A stretch of DNA of 64,000 nt from an uncultured virus (IMG/VR IMGVR_UViG_3300033075_001165) (lineage: Duplodnaviria; Heunggongvirae; Uroviricota; Caudoviricetes): IMG/VR virus record IMGVR_UViG_3300033075_001165; one strand, written 5' to 3'. The notes beneath the pieces were generated by a model. The model ran no database searches and was not told the origin of the DNA. It was given only the letters and a program-made list of their open reading frames with translations. The position numbers and the translations under genes are program-made. Of this stretch, positions 20,230-30,487 are shown piece by piece (the stretch's first letter is position 1; each line of letters opens with the position of its first letter).

Positions 20230-20922
20230 ATGATAACAGAAAACAATACGGGCTTTGATGTCCATAATAAAAAAATACACAATATTGCAGATGGTTCTGT
20301 AGATAACGATGCTGTTAACAGAAAAAACTTATTGAAAGACAATAATACTTATTCTGGAGACGGTACTTATACTGGCTCTAACACATTTAGCGGGACGGTT
20401 ACTAATAGCGGGGCTATTGTGTCAAGCGCAACTACAGAGTCTTCAAGCGCTACAACTGGAGCTATTAAAACGGCTGGTGGTTTAGGTGTTGTTAAAAATG
20501 CAACTATTGGCGGTCAATTAGTAACAAGTAAAGAGATTGTTCAAAACCATACAGGGGTAGCTATTAACACTACTGCTGCTGGAACTTTGACAGTAGTTAC
20601 TTCTGGCGTTGTTGCTGGTTTGATTACATCAACCTCGGCTGCTGCTGTAACTGTAACATTAGACTCAGTAGCTAATATGATTACAGCTTTTGCTACTGCT
20701 GGTGTTACTATTACTACTGGTTCTCATCTTCATTTCTTAATTGATAACAGTCAAGGTGCAAATACAGTAACTTTGGCGGTTGATGCTGGTGCTACTATTG
20801 CCGTTGCTACTTCTCCTATTACTGGTGGTGCTACTTTAACAGTTTCTACTGCTAATAAAGTTGGTCAATTTAGCTTATATTTAACAAGTACTACAACTGG
20901 TATTTTGTCAAGAGTATTTTAA
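20230..20922 (+). CDS. structural fibre/decoration protein
   Basis: Thr/Ala/Gly-rich; 'IHNIADGSVDNDAVN' and 'TGAIKTAGGLGV' resemble trimeric fibre motifs. Confidence 0.6.
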   Translation: MITENNTGFDVHNKKIHNIADGSVDNDAVNRKNLLKDNNTYSGDGTYTGSNTFSGTVTNSGAIVSSATTESSSATTGAIKTAGGLGVVKNATIGGQLVTSKEIVQNHTGVAINTTAAGTLTVVTSGVVAGLITSTSAAAVTVTLDSVANMITAFATAGVTITTGSHLHFLIDNSQGANTVTLAVDAGATIAVATSPITGGATLTVSTANKVGQFSLYLTSTTTGILSRVF

Positions 20923-20945
20923 AAACTTTTTCACTTATTTTTAAG

Positions 20946-20972
20946 AGCAATGCTAATAACATTGCTTTTTTT
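20946..20972 (+). terminator. probable intrinsic terminator
   Basis: AGCAATG-ctaataa-CATTGCT followed by a T-tract. Confidence 0.6.
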
Positions 20973-20997
20973 GTTATTTTTATCAAAACATTTACAA

Positions 20998-21528
20998 ATG
21001 GACAACACTAAACAATTAGAAGAAATACAACGCACACTAAGAGCTGGAATAAATTCTGGAGGATTTACAACATTGGTTAAATTAACTGGAGCGCAAATTG
21101 GGGTTTCTGGTGCGGCCTATGCTACTGGAGATGTGTTGGGTGATACAAGCCCAATCGCTGTTGAAGTGGTTCGTGGCAAAAATGGAACTGGAATTTTACA
21201 ATCATTAATTATTCAAGATTTAAGCAAACAAAGTATTGCTCTTGATATGGTGGTTTTTGATTCTAATCCAACAGCTACAACGTTTACAGATAATTCAGCT
21301 TTAGATATTGCGGATGTGGATTTGCCAAGAGTAATTGGTGTTGTAAAGATAGAGTCTACTGACTATGCTGCATTTAATGACAGCTCAGTTGCAACAAAAA
21401 CAGGAGCAGGATTAGTGTTACAAAATTATTCAGATTTAAATAAAGTATGGGTTTGCTTTGTAACAAGAGGCGCTCCTACTTATGTAGCAGATGAATTATC
21501 AGCAGTAATTGGAATTTTACAAGACTAA
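20998..21528 (+). CDS. putative structural protein
   Basis: beta-rich; ATG at 20998 preferred because the ORF-track start overlaps a terminator. Confidence 0.6.
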   Translation: MDNTKQLEEIQRTLRAGINSGGFTTLVKLTGAQIGVSGAAYATGDVLGDTSPIAVEVVRGKNGTGILQSLIIQDLSKQSIALDMVVFDSNPTATTFTDNSALDIADVDLPRVIGVVKIESTDYAAFNDSSVATKTGAGLVLQNYSDLNKVWVCFVTRGAPTYVADELSAVIGILQD

Positions 21529-23117
21529 TGCCTAACATAAATATAAATAGAAGGATTATTCTACCTTCAAGGACTACGCTAACGCCGCCTCCCGTATCAG
21601 GCGCTAAGGTTTGGCTTCGTGCTAATGGACTTGTAACAGGGGCTACAACATCTTATGGCACTGTTGATGGTTCAGGAGAGGTGACTCAATGGACTGATTT
21701 AACAGGTAACGGAAACCACGCTACTTATGTAGGTGGTACTGGCACATCTCCTAACTTAACAGGAACTGTTGGAACTAATACAAAAAATGGTATAACCTTT
21801 GACGGAGTATTAGATAATTTACAGATTACTAATTTAGCATTATGTAAAAACGTATCAGGGATTACAATTTTTGTTATTTTTAAAACAATAGCCGCTGTTG
21901 GTGGTGTTACCGAGAATGAATTAGTTTTTATTGGAACAGATAACGCTTCAAGAGGGCGTTTGTCAATTACGTATGATTCTACTTCTGGCAGATATAGAAC
22001 TCGTTCAAGACGCGTTGATGCGGATGACACTTCTCATCAATTATTAGGAAATGTAGTTAACACAAATAGTAATGTATTATGTTCTTCAATAAATTTTTCA
22101 ACAGGATATGGTTTCTTTACAGAGAATGGTTCTGTTATAAATTGGGACACTGATACAAACTCAACTACTGGAAATTGCGGGAATACTAACTCGGCTCAAA
22201 TCTCTATTGGTAATTTAATACACGCAACAAACTATCCATCTAATGCAGTTATAGCGGAAGTATTAATTTATGATACACCCTTAACCGTTTCGCAAGTTGC
22301 TTCTGTTAACGAATATTATCAATCTTATTATGGAATAGCGTCAGCTTCAAACTACGCAACACAAGCTGAGACTACGACTTATTTAAACAGATTAACAGCA
22401 TTAGGATATACTGCTCCAAGTTCAACTTGGATAACTCACTTTAATAACTTAATAGCTAAACAGGTTGCTAATGCTAATGGATTCTCTAAAGTAGATAGAT
22501 GGGGATTGTTTGAAACTGAAACCGAGAACCCTGCATTAGTAGATATTAAAGATACAACCAAGTCTTTAACATTAACTTCAACAACTTGGGACACTAAAGG
22601 GTTTATCGGAAACGGTACAACTTCATTTATTAATACAAACTTAAACCTTTCAACAGGAACAACTAACTATACTCAAAACTCTGCAATGCTTTTAGCTTAT
22701 GGTAGAAAGACTGCGGTTCATGCAGGGGTTATAATGGGGGCTAAGGCTGCAAGTGATTTGGCTAAACTTTATCCAAGATTTACAGACGGTAAGATTTACG
22801 GAGGGGTTAACAACGCAACAGGAACAACAGCAAGCGCTACAAACTTCTCAGCCTTTAATATAACAGGAACAAGACGAGCTTTATCTACTACTGAGGCTGT
22901 ATTCTGGGGTAATGAATTAGAAACGGCTGCCGCAAGGAATAGTACTGGTAGACCCGCTGTAAATTTATATTTATTAGCTCATAATAATAATGGTACGGCT
23001 GCTGAGTTCTATGCAGGACAAATATCGACTTATATAGTAGCCGCAGCTACGTTTGATAGGGATGCGTTTTTAGTGGACTATAAAACATTTGAAGCCGCTA
23101 TTGGAATAACATCTTAG
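21528..23117 (+). CDS. LamG/concanavalin-like virion protein
   Basis: 'VWLRA...QWTDLTGNGNHA...GITFDG...IAEVLIYD' lectin-like signature. Confidence 0.7.
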   Translation: MPNININRRIILPSRTTLTPPPVSGAKVWLRANGLVTGATTSYGTVDGSGEVTQWTDLTGNGNHATYVGGTGTSPNLTGTVGTNTKNGITFDGVLDNLQITNLALCKNVSGITIFVIFKTIAAVGGVTENELVFIGTDNASRGRLSITYDSTSGRYRTRSRRVDADDTSHQLLGNVVNTNSNVLCSSINFSTGYGFFTENGSVINWDTDTNSTTGNCGNTNSAQISIGNLIHATNYPSNAVIAEVLIYDTPLTVSQVASVNEYYQSYYGIASASNYATQAETTTYLNRLTALGYTAPSSTWITHFNNLIAKQVANANGFSKVDRWGLFETETENPALVDIKDTTKSLTLTSTTWDTKGFIGNGTTSFINTNLNLSTGTTNYTQNSAMLLAYGRKTAVHAGVIMGAKAASDLAKLYPRFTDGKIYGGVNNATGTTASATNFSAFNITGTRRALSTTEAVFWGNELETAAARNSTGRPAVNLYLLAHNNNGTAAEFYAGQISTYIVAAATFDRDAFLVDYKTFEAAIGITS

Positions 23118-23118
23118 T

Positions 23119-23475
23119 ATGGCAGACGCTCCTTTCAATAACACAAATATTAAGCCCTCTGATATTACCTTATTAGATATTGTTAAGGCTATAAAGAACG
23201 GAACTGAGTATGAAACTCGGATGACGAATCTTAATGATTTCTTTGGGGAGAATCTTTCTTTAACTTTTGAGCAAATTTACGGAGACCCTTATCTTAGTGC
23301 AACACTTGGGCCAGTCTTAGAAGAAATTGATAAAATCTTAAAGGCGCATACAAAAGAATTATTATATTTGAATAGATTACTGGCTTTACTTTTGTTTGAG
23401 TTAATTGAACAAGGAATAGAGATAGAATCAAAAGAATTATTAGAAGAATTAAAAATATATTTAGCAAAAAAATAA
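23119..23475 (+). CDS. hypothetical structural-region protein
   Basis: ORF track; tight packing. Confidence 0.6.
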   Translation: MADAPFNNTNIKPSDITLLDIVKAIKNGTEYETRMTNLNDFFGENLSLTFEQIYGDPYLSATLGPVLEEIDKILKAHTKELLYLNRLLALLLFELIEQGIEIESKELLEELKIYLAKK

Positions 23476-23476
23476 C

Positions 23477-23824
23477 ATGGAGAATCAAGGTTTAAATCCA
23501 GATAATCAGCTAGTAACAATTAACACTGATTGGAACAACAATACATTAACTACTCAATACGGTTCAAAATATCAATATTTAGTAGAGCAAGGAAAAGTTT
23601 ATTATGCAGCTTCACAAACTGCAACAACTTGGTCAGTAGCTTTAAACGCAGCTTTACAAGCGTTGTATCCAACTAAGTATATTGATATTTATAGTGATTT
23701 TAATGGCGGTAGTGGTTTGTTGAAATATGAATTATCATCAGGAGATGGAACACACTTGTCAGCACAAGGTCAAACTCAGGCAGCAAGTAGTTTATTAACA
23801 GCCTCTCCATCAAGTTTCTTGTAA
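23477..23824 (+). CDS. hypothetical protein ending in an SGNH-hydrolase-like C-terminal fragment
   Basis: 'YIDIY...GDGTHLSAQGQ' (DxxH block) without a GDS block. Confidence 0.5.
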   Translation: MENQGLNPDNQLVTINTDWNNNTLTTQYGSKYQYLVEQGKVYYAASQTATTWSVALNAALQALYPTKYIDIYSDFNGGSGLLKYELSSGDGTHLSAQGQTQAASSLLTASPSSFL

Positions 23825-23828
23825 GAAT

Positions 23829-24056
23829 ATGGCAGATTATGTTCCAGTTGGAAATCCCAACGCGCCTAATACTGTTTCTTTAGCAGATTTAGTGCAAACA
23901 TATAATACTGAAACAGGAAAGCAATTTCCTACAAGGTGGCAAAATATTGCTGACCTAATAGCTCCTTTAGTAACAACGGAATGGGGAAACATTCCACAAA
24001 CTCCAACAATAGATAATCAAAAAGATTTATTAGCTTTGGTTAGCCTTAGAATATGA
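23829..24056 (+). CDS. hypothetical protein
   Basis: ORF track; N-terminus loosely similar to 23119..23475. Confidence 0.5.
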   Translation: MADYVPVGNPNAPNTVSLADLVQTYNTETGKQFPTRWQNIADLIAPLVTTEWGNIPQTPTIDNQKDLLALVSLRI

Positions 24057-26563
24057 TTTTATTAAAAACAACAGACATATTAAGGTTTCGTTTAAGCGGG
24101 GCTGTAACAACAAATCAATTAGATTTTGTTACATCGTTTGTTGATATAACTGGATTTTCTCCAAGTAATAATTCAGGAACAAGTAATGACGCAACTAATG
24201 TTACAATTATAGGTTCACCTTCTGCTGGAGTAAGACAAGTTAAATTTATATCTATTGTGAATGTAGACACTACTGGCGCTACGGTTACAGTAGAGCAATA
24301 TGATGGTGTTAACGCGAGGCAATTACTAACATGGACGTTAGATGTTTATGATACGCTGTCTTATGTAGACAGTGAAGGATGGAAAGTTTTAGATGCTTTT
24401 GGTAAAACAAAAGTTACAACAGGCGTTGGAAGTGCTGGAAATATAGTTTTTAGTGCGGGTACACAATCAGCTGTTTTAGATACAGTTATTTTTAGTAATA
24501 GTAATAGGGTAAGTTTTGGATTAGCTGGTTCAACAATTACCGCTAAACACGCATTAAATTTTTCTGCTGGTACTACAAGTAATAATGTTAGTGACGGATT
24601 GGTGTTTTCAAATTCAAACGGAGTTTCATTTGGATTGAACGGAAGTACAATTACGGCAAGTGTTTTGGCTGGCGGCGGGGGATATTTATCTGCTGGTACG
24701 CAAACTGGTTCGTTAGGCACAGTGTCTTTTAAAAATACTAACAATGTTAGTTTTGGAATGGATGCTCAAACAATAACAGCATCAGTTGCAACAAGTTTGT
24801 CAAATATAAATGTATCAGCTGGCACTACATCAAATAATTTATCGGCATTTGTTTTATCTAATTCAAATAATGTAACATTTGGACTTAATGGTTCAACTAT
24901 TACAGCAAGTGTTACAGTAGGTTCTACACAAGGTTCTATCAATGTTAGCGGAGGTACAACAAGTGGAAATTTAAGTGCTATTACTTTTTCAAACTCTAAT
25001 GGCGTTAGTTTTGGTTTAAACGCTGGGACTATGACAGCTTCGGTTAACGCTTTAAGTAATATTAATATTAGCGCTGGAACTACATCAAATAATTTAACAG
25101 CCTTAACTTTTAATAATTCAAACGGGATTACATTTGGGCTTAATGCTTCGACAATTACAGCAAGCCATAATGGGCTTACTACCGCAATGGCAAGTGACGC
25201 GGGTAGTAATTTTGTTAATACATCGGCTGGATTAAATCTTACAAACATTTCCGCAACTTTTAATTCAAATAGCATTAGTTTAGCTGTGGCTGACCCAGTT
25301 AATACAGCTGGATTAATTAGTGCTATTAATGTTTCTGCTGGAACTACTTCAAATAATTTATCGGCGGTTGTTTATAGTAATAGTAATAATGCAACATTTG
25401 GTTTAAATGGTAGCACAGTAACTATTAGCTCTCCTATAAGTTTAAGCGCTGGAACGACTAATGGAAATTTTACAAATGTTGTTTTTTCAAATTCTAATAA
25501 TGTAAGTTTTGGCTTAAACGATTCAACGATTACAGCAAGCATAAGTCAAACCAATCAAAATATTAGCTTCTTTGCTTTAGGGAATACAACTCAGAATTCA
25601 TCAACCGTATTGAACGCTTCGCAAATATCATTCAATGGACTTGGTGAGCTTAGTGTTGGTTTTAGTAATGGTTCTATTAACTTGAGTGCTAATGTAGATG
25701 CCATAACAGCTTATGGAGTATCAAATACAACTCAAGGAACAAGCGGAACGTTAAGCATAAATTCTTTATCTTTTAATGGCGCTGGGGGTATTAGTGTAGG
25801 AATATCTAATGGTAGTATTGTTATCTCTTCTCCAGTGCTATCTACTTATGAGCCATATCCAGCATTAGGATTAAGTACTGTTAACGTTGGTATTGCTACT
25901 AATACAAGTGCAGGTATTTCTGTATTCCCTTTTTATGTAGATGAGTTTGTTAGTGCTGGAGTATTAAACATTCCTTTTTCAATGAACTTTTTAACAGTTG
26001 GAACGTCATCTGGTCAACAAACTATAGGACTGGCTTTAGGGTTATATTCAAGAAATGTTAGCACTCTTAATTCAATAGTGTCTACATCGTTTTCTATAGG
26101 TGTAACTGGAAATAACTCATCTTATACCATAAATCAACCAACAACAACGGCATATACTGGGTATAATGGAACTGGAGCAACAAATAGCGCTGGTTCAAAC
26201 ATAACTTCAGGATATACTGGACAAAAATTAATTCAATTTCCTATAAATACTTTATTAACAGTTGGAGATTATTGGCTGGCAATGATTGGTACTAAATCTA
26301 CATCTTCTGTTAACGTAGGTTTGTCTATGTCGTATATGGGGGCGGCTATGCCAGCTGGATTAAGCGCCCTTGCTCCAATAGGCTCATTTAGTAGTGGTTT
26401 TACAACTGGTTTTAATCCTATTGGCGGTAGATGGAATATAATGCAAGGGTTGTGGACAAGTGCTGGTAGCGTAACAATGATTCCCGCATCTATGGCTCAT
26501 AACTCTATTTCTGCTACAAATAACATGAACACTTACCCCTTAATGAAATTTTGGTCAACATAA
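24053..26563 (+). CDS. repeat-rich tail fibre / receptor-binding protein
   Basis: multiple ~38-43 aa repeats SAGTTSNNLS..FSNSNxVSFGLNGSTITAS; Ser/Thr/Asn/Gly-rich. Confidence 0.75.
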   Translation: MILLKTTDILRFRLSGAVTTNQLDFVTSFVDITGFSPSNNSGTSNDATNVTIIGSPSAGVRQVKFISIVNVDTTGATVTVEQYDGVNARQLLTWTLDVYDTLSYVDSEGWKVLDAFGKTKVTTGVGSAGNIVFSAGTQSAVLDTVIFSNSNRVSFGLAGSTITAKHALNFSAGTTSNNVSDGLVFSNSNGVSFGLNGSTITASVLAGGGGYLSAGTQTGSLGTVSFKNTNNVSFGMDAQTITASVATSLSNINVSAGTTSNNLSAFVLSNSNNVTFGLNGSTITASVTVGSTQGSINVSGGTTSGNLSAITFSNSNGVSFGLNAGTMTASVNALSNINISAGTTSNNLTALTFNNSNGITFGLNASTITASHNGLTTAMASDAGSNFVNTSAGLNLTNISATFNSNSISLAVADPVNTAGLISAINVSAGTTSNNLSAVVYSNSNNATFGLNGSTVTISSPISLSAGTTNGNFTNVVFSNSNNVSFGLNDSTITASISQTNQNISFFALGNTTQNSSTVLNASQISFNGLGELSVGFSNGSINLSANVDAITAYGVSNTTQGTSGTLSINSLSFNGAGGISVGISNGSIVISSPVLSTYEPYPALGLSTVNVGIATNTSAGISVFPFYVDEFVSAGVLNIPFSMNFLTVGTSSGQQTIGLALGLYSRNVSTLNSIVSTSFSIGVTGNNSSYTINQPTTTAYTGYNGTGATNSAGSNITSGYTGQKLIQFPINTLLTVGDYWLAMIGTKSTSSVNVGLSMSYMGAAMPAGLSALAPIGSFSSGFTTGFNPIGGRWNIMQGLWTSAGSVTMIPASMAHNSISATNNMNTYPLMKFWST

Positions 26564-26601
26564 TTTTGTTATGGTTATATTTTTTTATTACTTTTGTGGA
26601 T

Positions 26602-27312
26602 ATGATAGTAGGATTAGAATCTGGAATACACAATCAAGACTTAGAAAAATCAGCACAAAGAATAATCGAGGGCGGTTCATGGAAACACCAACGTGTTATT
26701 ATGCTTATCCCAGCTGGTAAAATGATTTCAACTAAGGTTTACCTTTCACACTGTTCATTAATATTCCCTCCTAATAATGCTTCTTTTAAGATGGCTTGTA
26801 TAGGCATGGAAGTTGGCGAGGCTTTTAGTCAAGGTATAGAGCAAATTTTAGCCCATCCTGATTTAAGTAATTGGGAGTATATTCTAACAATAGAACACGA
26901 CAACATCCCCCAACCTAACGCTTTAATTCAGCTTTTAGAACGCATGGAGAAGCATCCTGAGTTTAGCTGTGTTGGAGGGCTTTATTGGACTAAAGGAGAG
27001 GGAGGCGTCCCGCAGATTTGGGGTGACCCTAAAGATGTGTTGAATTTCAGACCCCAACCGCCAGACCCTAATGGTGGACTTGTTGAATGTACTGGTACTG
27101 GCATGGGTTTTAATCTATGGAGAATATCTATGTTTAAAGATGAAAGGCTGCGTAGACCGTGGTTTAAAACTTTAACAGGTAGTGATGGAACTGGAGTCGG
27201 GACTCAAGACCTTTATGCGTGGTCTGATTTTAAAAAACACGGCTATAGATGTGCTATTGATTGCTTAGTCAAAATAGGTCACTATGATGTTGAAAATGAT
27301 ATTGTATGGTAG
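26602..27312 (+). CDS. glycosyltransferase family 2-like protein
   Basis: YILTIEHDN (DxD-like), TGMGFNL, TQDLY...GYRCAIDCLVKIGH GT-A signature. Confidence 0.75.
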   Translation: MIVGLESGIHNQDLEKSAQRIIEGGSWKHQRVIMLIPAGKMISTKVYLSHCSLIFPPNNASFKMACIGMEVGEAFSQGIEQILAHPDLSNWEYILTIEHDNIPQPNALIQLLERMEKHPEFSCVGGLYWTKGEGGVPQIWGDPKDVLNFRPQPPDPNGGLVECTGTGMGFNLWRISMFKDERLRRPWFKTLTGSDGTGVGTQDLYAWSDFKKHGYRCAIDCLVKIGHYDVENDIVW

Positions 27313-27333
27313 AATTAAAACTAAAATAAATAT

Positions 27334-27915
27334 ATGGAAGAAATAGTAGAAAGAATTGCAGTAGATTTAGCCTGCGGACAAAACAAAATAACTTTAGAAA
27401 GATTAGGGTGGAAGGAAGGAAAAATTATAGGCGTTGACATTGCTGGTGATTGTGATATAGTTCATGATTTGTTTAATACATTTCCATATCCATTTGCAAA
27501 TGAGTCGGTGGATGAGATTTTTAGCTCTCACTTTATTGAGCATATTCCTATGGAGTACGTAGAGATTAACGGCAAGTCTAAGGATAAGTTATTTGCTTTT
27601 GTTGATGAGTGTTATAGGATGCTTAAAAAAGGTGGTAAAATGACTTTAATATTCCCAAACGCTATGTCGGTGAGAGCGTTTCAAGACCCTACACATAGAA
27701 GATTTATCCCTGCAATGACCGCATACTATTTTAGTAAACACTGGAGAGATATTAACAAATTAGACCATTACAATGTAGATTGTGATTTTGATTTTGTTAT
27801 TGGCGAATCAGTTAATGGTAATTGGGTTAACAGGAGCAATGAAGCTAAACAATTTGCTTATGCGAGTTATTGGAACGTTGTGGATGACTTGCACTTTATA
27901 ATGACAAAGAAATAA
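27334..27915 (+). CDS. class I SAM-dependent methyltransferase
   Basis: VDLACG, GVDI, SSHFIEH, ECYRMLKKGG, DPTH motifs. Confidence 0.85.
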   Translation: MEEIVERIAVDLACGQNKITLERLGWKEGKIIGVDIAGDCDIVHDLFNTFPYPFANESVDEIFSSHFIEHIPMEYVEINGKSKDKLFAFVDECYRMLKKGGKMTLIFPNAMSVRAFQDPTHRRFIPAMTAYYFSKHWRDINKLDHYNVDCDFDFVIGESVNGNWVNRSNEAKQFAYASYWNVVDDLHFIMTKK

Positions 27916-27935
27916 ATTATAAAACATTTACTAAC

Positions 27936-27959
27936 AGCCCTTTAATTAGGGCTTTTTTT
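27936..27959 (+). terminator. intrinsic terminator
   Basis: AGCCCT-ttaatt-AGGGCT followed by a T-tract. Confidence 0.75.
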
Positions 27960-28139
27960 ATTATTTTTACTAAAATTTAACATTATGTCAATAACAGTAT
28001 CACAATTTAAAACAGCTTTAGCAGATGCGATAAACGCAAAAGCAAGCGAATTAGGATTAAGTCCTTTTTGATATTATGCAATTTACAAAGTCTGATATAT
28101 TAATGATAGTAGTAACAATAACATATTCAATTTATAATT

Positions 28140-28403
28140 ATGTCAGACAAAGACGTTGAAGTATTAAAACGAAACGTGGATAAAATATTGCTATTATTAA
28201 ATAGTGATGATTCTACCAAAAGAATGGGAGTTGTTGAAAAGTTAGATAAGCTTTCATCTGACTTTCATCAATTTATAAATAAATACGAGCAAGCTCAAGC
28301 TGTTAAAAAGGCTACTATTGGAGCATGGGCTACTATAGGTGGAATTGTAGCATTAGTTGCTAAATGGATAGTAACATTAATATTTGAATATTTTCATTTT
28401 TAA
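28140..28403 (+). CDS. membrane protein of the lysis module
   Basis: coiled coil plus C-terminal TM segment; upstream of the endolysin. Confidence 0.6.
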   Translation: MSDKDVEVLKRNVDKILLLLNSDDSTKRMGVVEKLDKLSSDFHQFINKYEQAQAVKKATIGAWATIGGIVALVAKWIVTLIFEYFHF

Positions 28404-28478
28404 TATTGGAAGGTCACATATCAAATAGAAGGCTTAATTATTTTAAGGAGTTAAAAACAAAACCTAAAACCAAAAAAG

Positions 28479-28946
28479 ATGCACAAAACAATCGAAATAG
28501 CAACGGCGGAAATAGGAACAAAAGAATCTCCAGCGGGGTCAAACAAGGTTAAATATAACACTTGGATTTATGGCAAAGAGGTTGAAGGGTCAGCATATCC
28601 GTGGTGTGGCGCATTTGTATCTTGGGTTTATGATAAAGCTGGTATGCCTTTAGGAAATGTTGGATTAAAAAAAGGATTTGTTGGATGCCCATACGCTGTT
28701 GAAAAATTAGCTAAGTGGGGTAAAATAGTAACTATTCCTGAGTCTGGCGATATATCTTTTTATGATTGGCAAGGAGATGGTAAATTTGACCATACAGGAA
28801 TTTTTAAAGAAGATATAGGGCAAGGATATTTTTGGGCGATTGAAGGTAATACATCTGCCTCAAATGCTTCTGATGGTGGTGAAGTTGGTTTGATGCGAAG
28901 AAAGTATAAAAATTGTATATTCGTAAGACCAAATTCAAAAGTATGA
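28479..28946 (+). CDS. CHAP-domain endolysin
   Basis: PWCGAFVSW, DHTGI and IEGN motifs. Confidence 0.9.
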   Translation: MHKTIEIATAEIGTKESPAGSNKVKYNTWIYGKEVEGSAYPWCGAFVSWVYDKAGMPLGNVGLKKGFVGCPYAVEKLAKWGKIVTIPESGDISFYDWQGDGKFDHTGIFKEDIGQGYFWAIEGNTSASNASDGGEVGLMRRKYKNCIFVRPNSKV

Positions 28947-29200
28947 AAGAAATAGTTAGAAAATTAATTGGCTCTCTTGACACTCACACAAAGAATGTTT
29001 TTTCTGCACGTAAACTTTCTGCTTTTGTAGTTGTTTTACTCATAATTATAACTCATGTTAAATGGTTTAAATCTGACCATTGGGAATATTTGGAAGGTGT
29101 TATTGCATTAGATTATGGATTTATTTCATTATGTTTGGGGATGACAACTTACGAGGCTATTAAAAATAAACAAATTAATAATGAAGAAACCAAATCATAG
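28943..29200 (+). CDS. putative holin
   Basis: two hydrophobic segments; ATGA overlap with the endolysin. Confidence 0.6.
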   Translation: MKEIVRKLIGSLDTHTKNVFSARKLSAFVVVLLIIITHVKWFKSDHWEYLEGVIALDYGFISLCLGMTTYEAIKNKQINNEETKS

Positions 29201-29519
29201 AGACTTAGCTATTTTAGGAATATCTTTATTTATAGGGATTATTATAGGCTGGTCGATAAAAGCTATCCTTGATAGCAGAAAAGAGCCTGTAACTATTGAG
29301 AATCCTATCAACGAGGCTTTAAAACGCGGATATGATAGTTTAAGTGGTGTTATATCAGTAAAAGAAGCTGAAATAAGAGAGTCTGAGAAACAAGACCGCA
29401 TAACAGATTCTATATTAATTAATAGTAATAAAGTAATAAAAAAAGATTATGACAAACTTAAATCGATGGATGATAGTACTTTTTATAACTATCTCAAATC
29501 TCGCTTCGGCACAAGATAG
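29181..29519 (+). CDS. putative spanin-like inner-membrane protein
   Basis: N-terminal TM plus coiled coil; in the lysis cassette. Confidence 0.5.
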   Translation: MKKPNHRDLAILGISLFIGIIIGWSIKAILDSRKEPVTIENPINEALKRGYDSLSGVISVKEAEIRESEKQDRITDSILINSNKVIKKDYDKLKSMDDSTFYNYLKSRFGTR

Positions 29520-29844
29520 ATTTTGCTTTACAAGGTCTGAGGTTGAAGCTATGGCTTATCGTGATTTAAGGGCGACAAAATTAGAAAATGACTCTATTGA
29601 AATGGCAAAAGCTATTGAAAGAAAGAATAACGAAATAGCTATTCATAAGTCAATCGAGAATGATTTAAAAGAGCAAAATAAAGCTCAAACTATACTGGCG
29701 GGTAATTATAAAGCAACCGCTATAAATTTCCAAGAAAAATATACAAAAGCTCAAGACAAAGCTAAGTTTAGGGGCAAGGTGTTAATAGGTTCATTAACTT
29801 TTAATGTGCTGTTAATCACTGGGCTTGTACTTTTAGTGAAATAA
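29449..29844 (+). CDS. putative spanin-like partner
   Basis: overlaps the previous ORF by 71 nt; signal peptide, coiled coil, C-terminal TM. Confidence 0.45.
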   Translation: MTNLNRWMIVLFITISNLASAQDRFCFTRSEVEAMAYRDLRATKLENDSIEMAKAIERKNNEIAIHKSIENDLKEQNKAQTILAGNYKATAINFQEKYTKAQDKAKFRGKVLIGSLTFNVLLITGLVLLVK

Positions 29845-30238
29845 TTTAACAATTTTAATTTTGGTTATTTAAATTTATAACCTATATTTGTAGCATGAAA
29901 TTTTTACGAAGGGGCTATTTACACATAATGTTAATTATCGGATGTTTACGAAGGATAATTTCACGTTATGTTAATATAGCTTTGGAGTGTCGACCGTTAG
30001 GAGACACAAGGCAGAAGGGTAAAAATTTCATCGGGGCGATGTCTCTGCGATTTTGTAAAAATCGACTAAGTACGGGTCAGGAAATTGTTAGTTTAAATAA
30101 TGAGGATTTAAGCCAATCTTGTCTTTTAGTTGGCGAATATAAAAATCAAGAAGATGTTTTTGTTAAAGCTTCAGATGCTTTATTACCTTATCAAGGTTCG
30201 TACCAACTGCATAAAAATCCATAACGCCGATTGAACAT

Positions 30239-30336
30239 CCGCATTTAGCTCAATGAATAGAGCGCTATCCCTTGGACAACTTGTTCCCGCAAGCCCCACT
30301 GGTTGAGATGCGAGTTTGAATCTCGCCGTAGTACCA
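30239..30336 (+). pseudogene. degenerate tRNA-like element
   Basis: D-arm TAGCTCAATGAATAGAGC, T-arm GCGAG-TTTGAAT-CTCGC, 3' CCA; acceptor stem does not pair and the anticodon region is oversized. Confidence 0.45.
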
Positions 30337-30413
30337 AATTAAAGTGTTACAATGTAGAGGAAAAGCTGTTGGTTTCGACCCCCGCAGAACGTGACCACTA
30401 ATTTTTGTAACCG

Positions 30414-30440
30414 CCCCAATCCGTACGGTTGGGGTTTTTT
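30414..30440 (+). terminator. intrinsic terminator
   Basis: CCCCAATCCGTACGGTTGGGG followed by T6. Confidence 0.75.
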
Positions 30441-30487
30441 ATTAAAGAACATGTTGTAAAGGTACACTTTTTTTATAATTAGTCAAA

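Noticed and set aside
24361..25275. Antisense ORFs within the fibre gene and similar shadow ORFs elsewhere
   Set aside because: They mirror codon bias and repeats of the real genes on the opposite strand.
24053..26563. Diversity-generating retroelement target
   Set aside because: No reverse transcriptase and no adenine-specific TR/VR pair seen.
29895..30224. 109-aa ORF
   Set aside because: Atypical composition, no recognisable motif, and overlaps hairpin-rich sequence; more likely non-coding.
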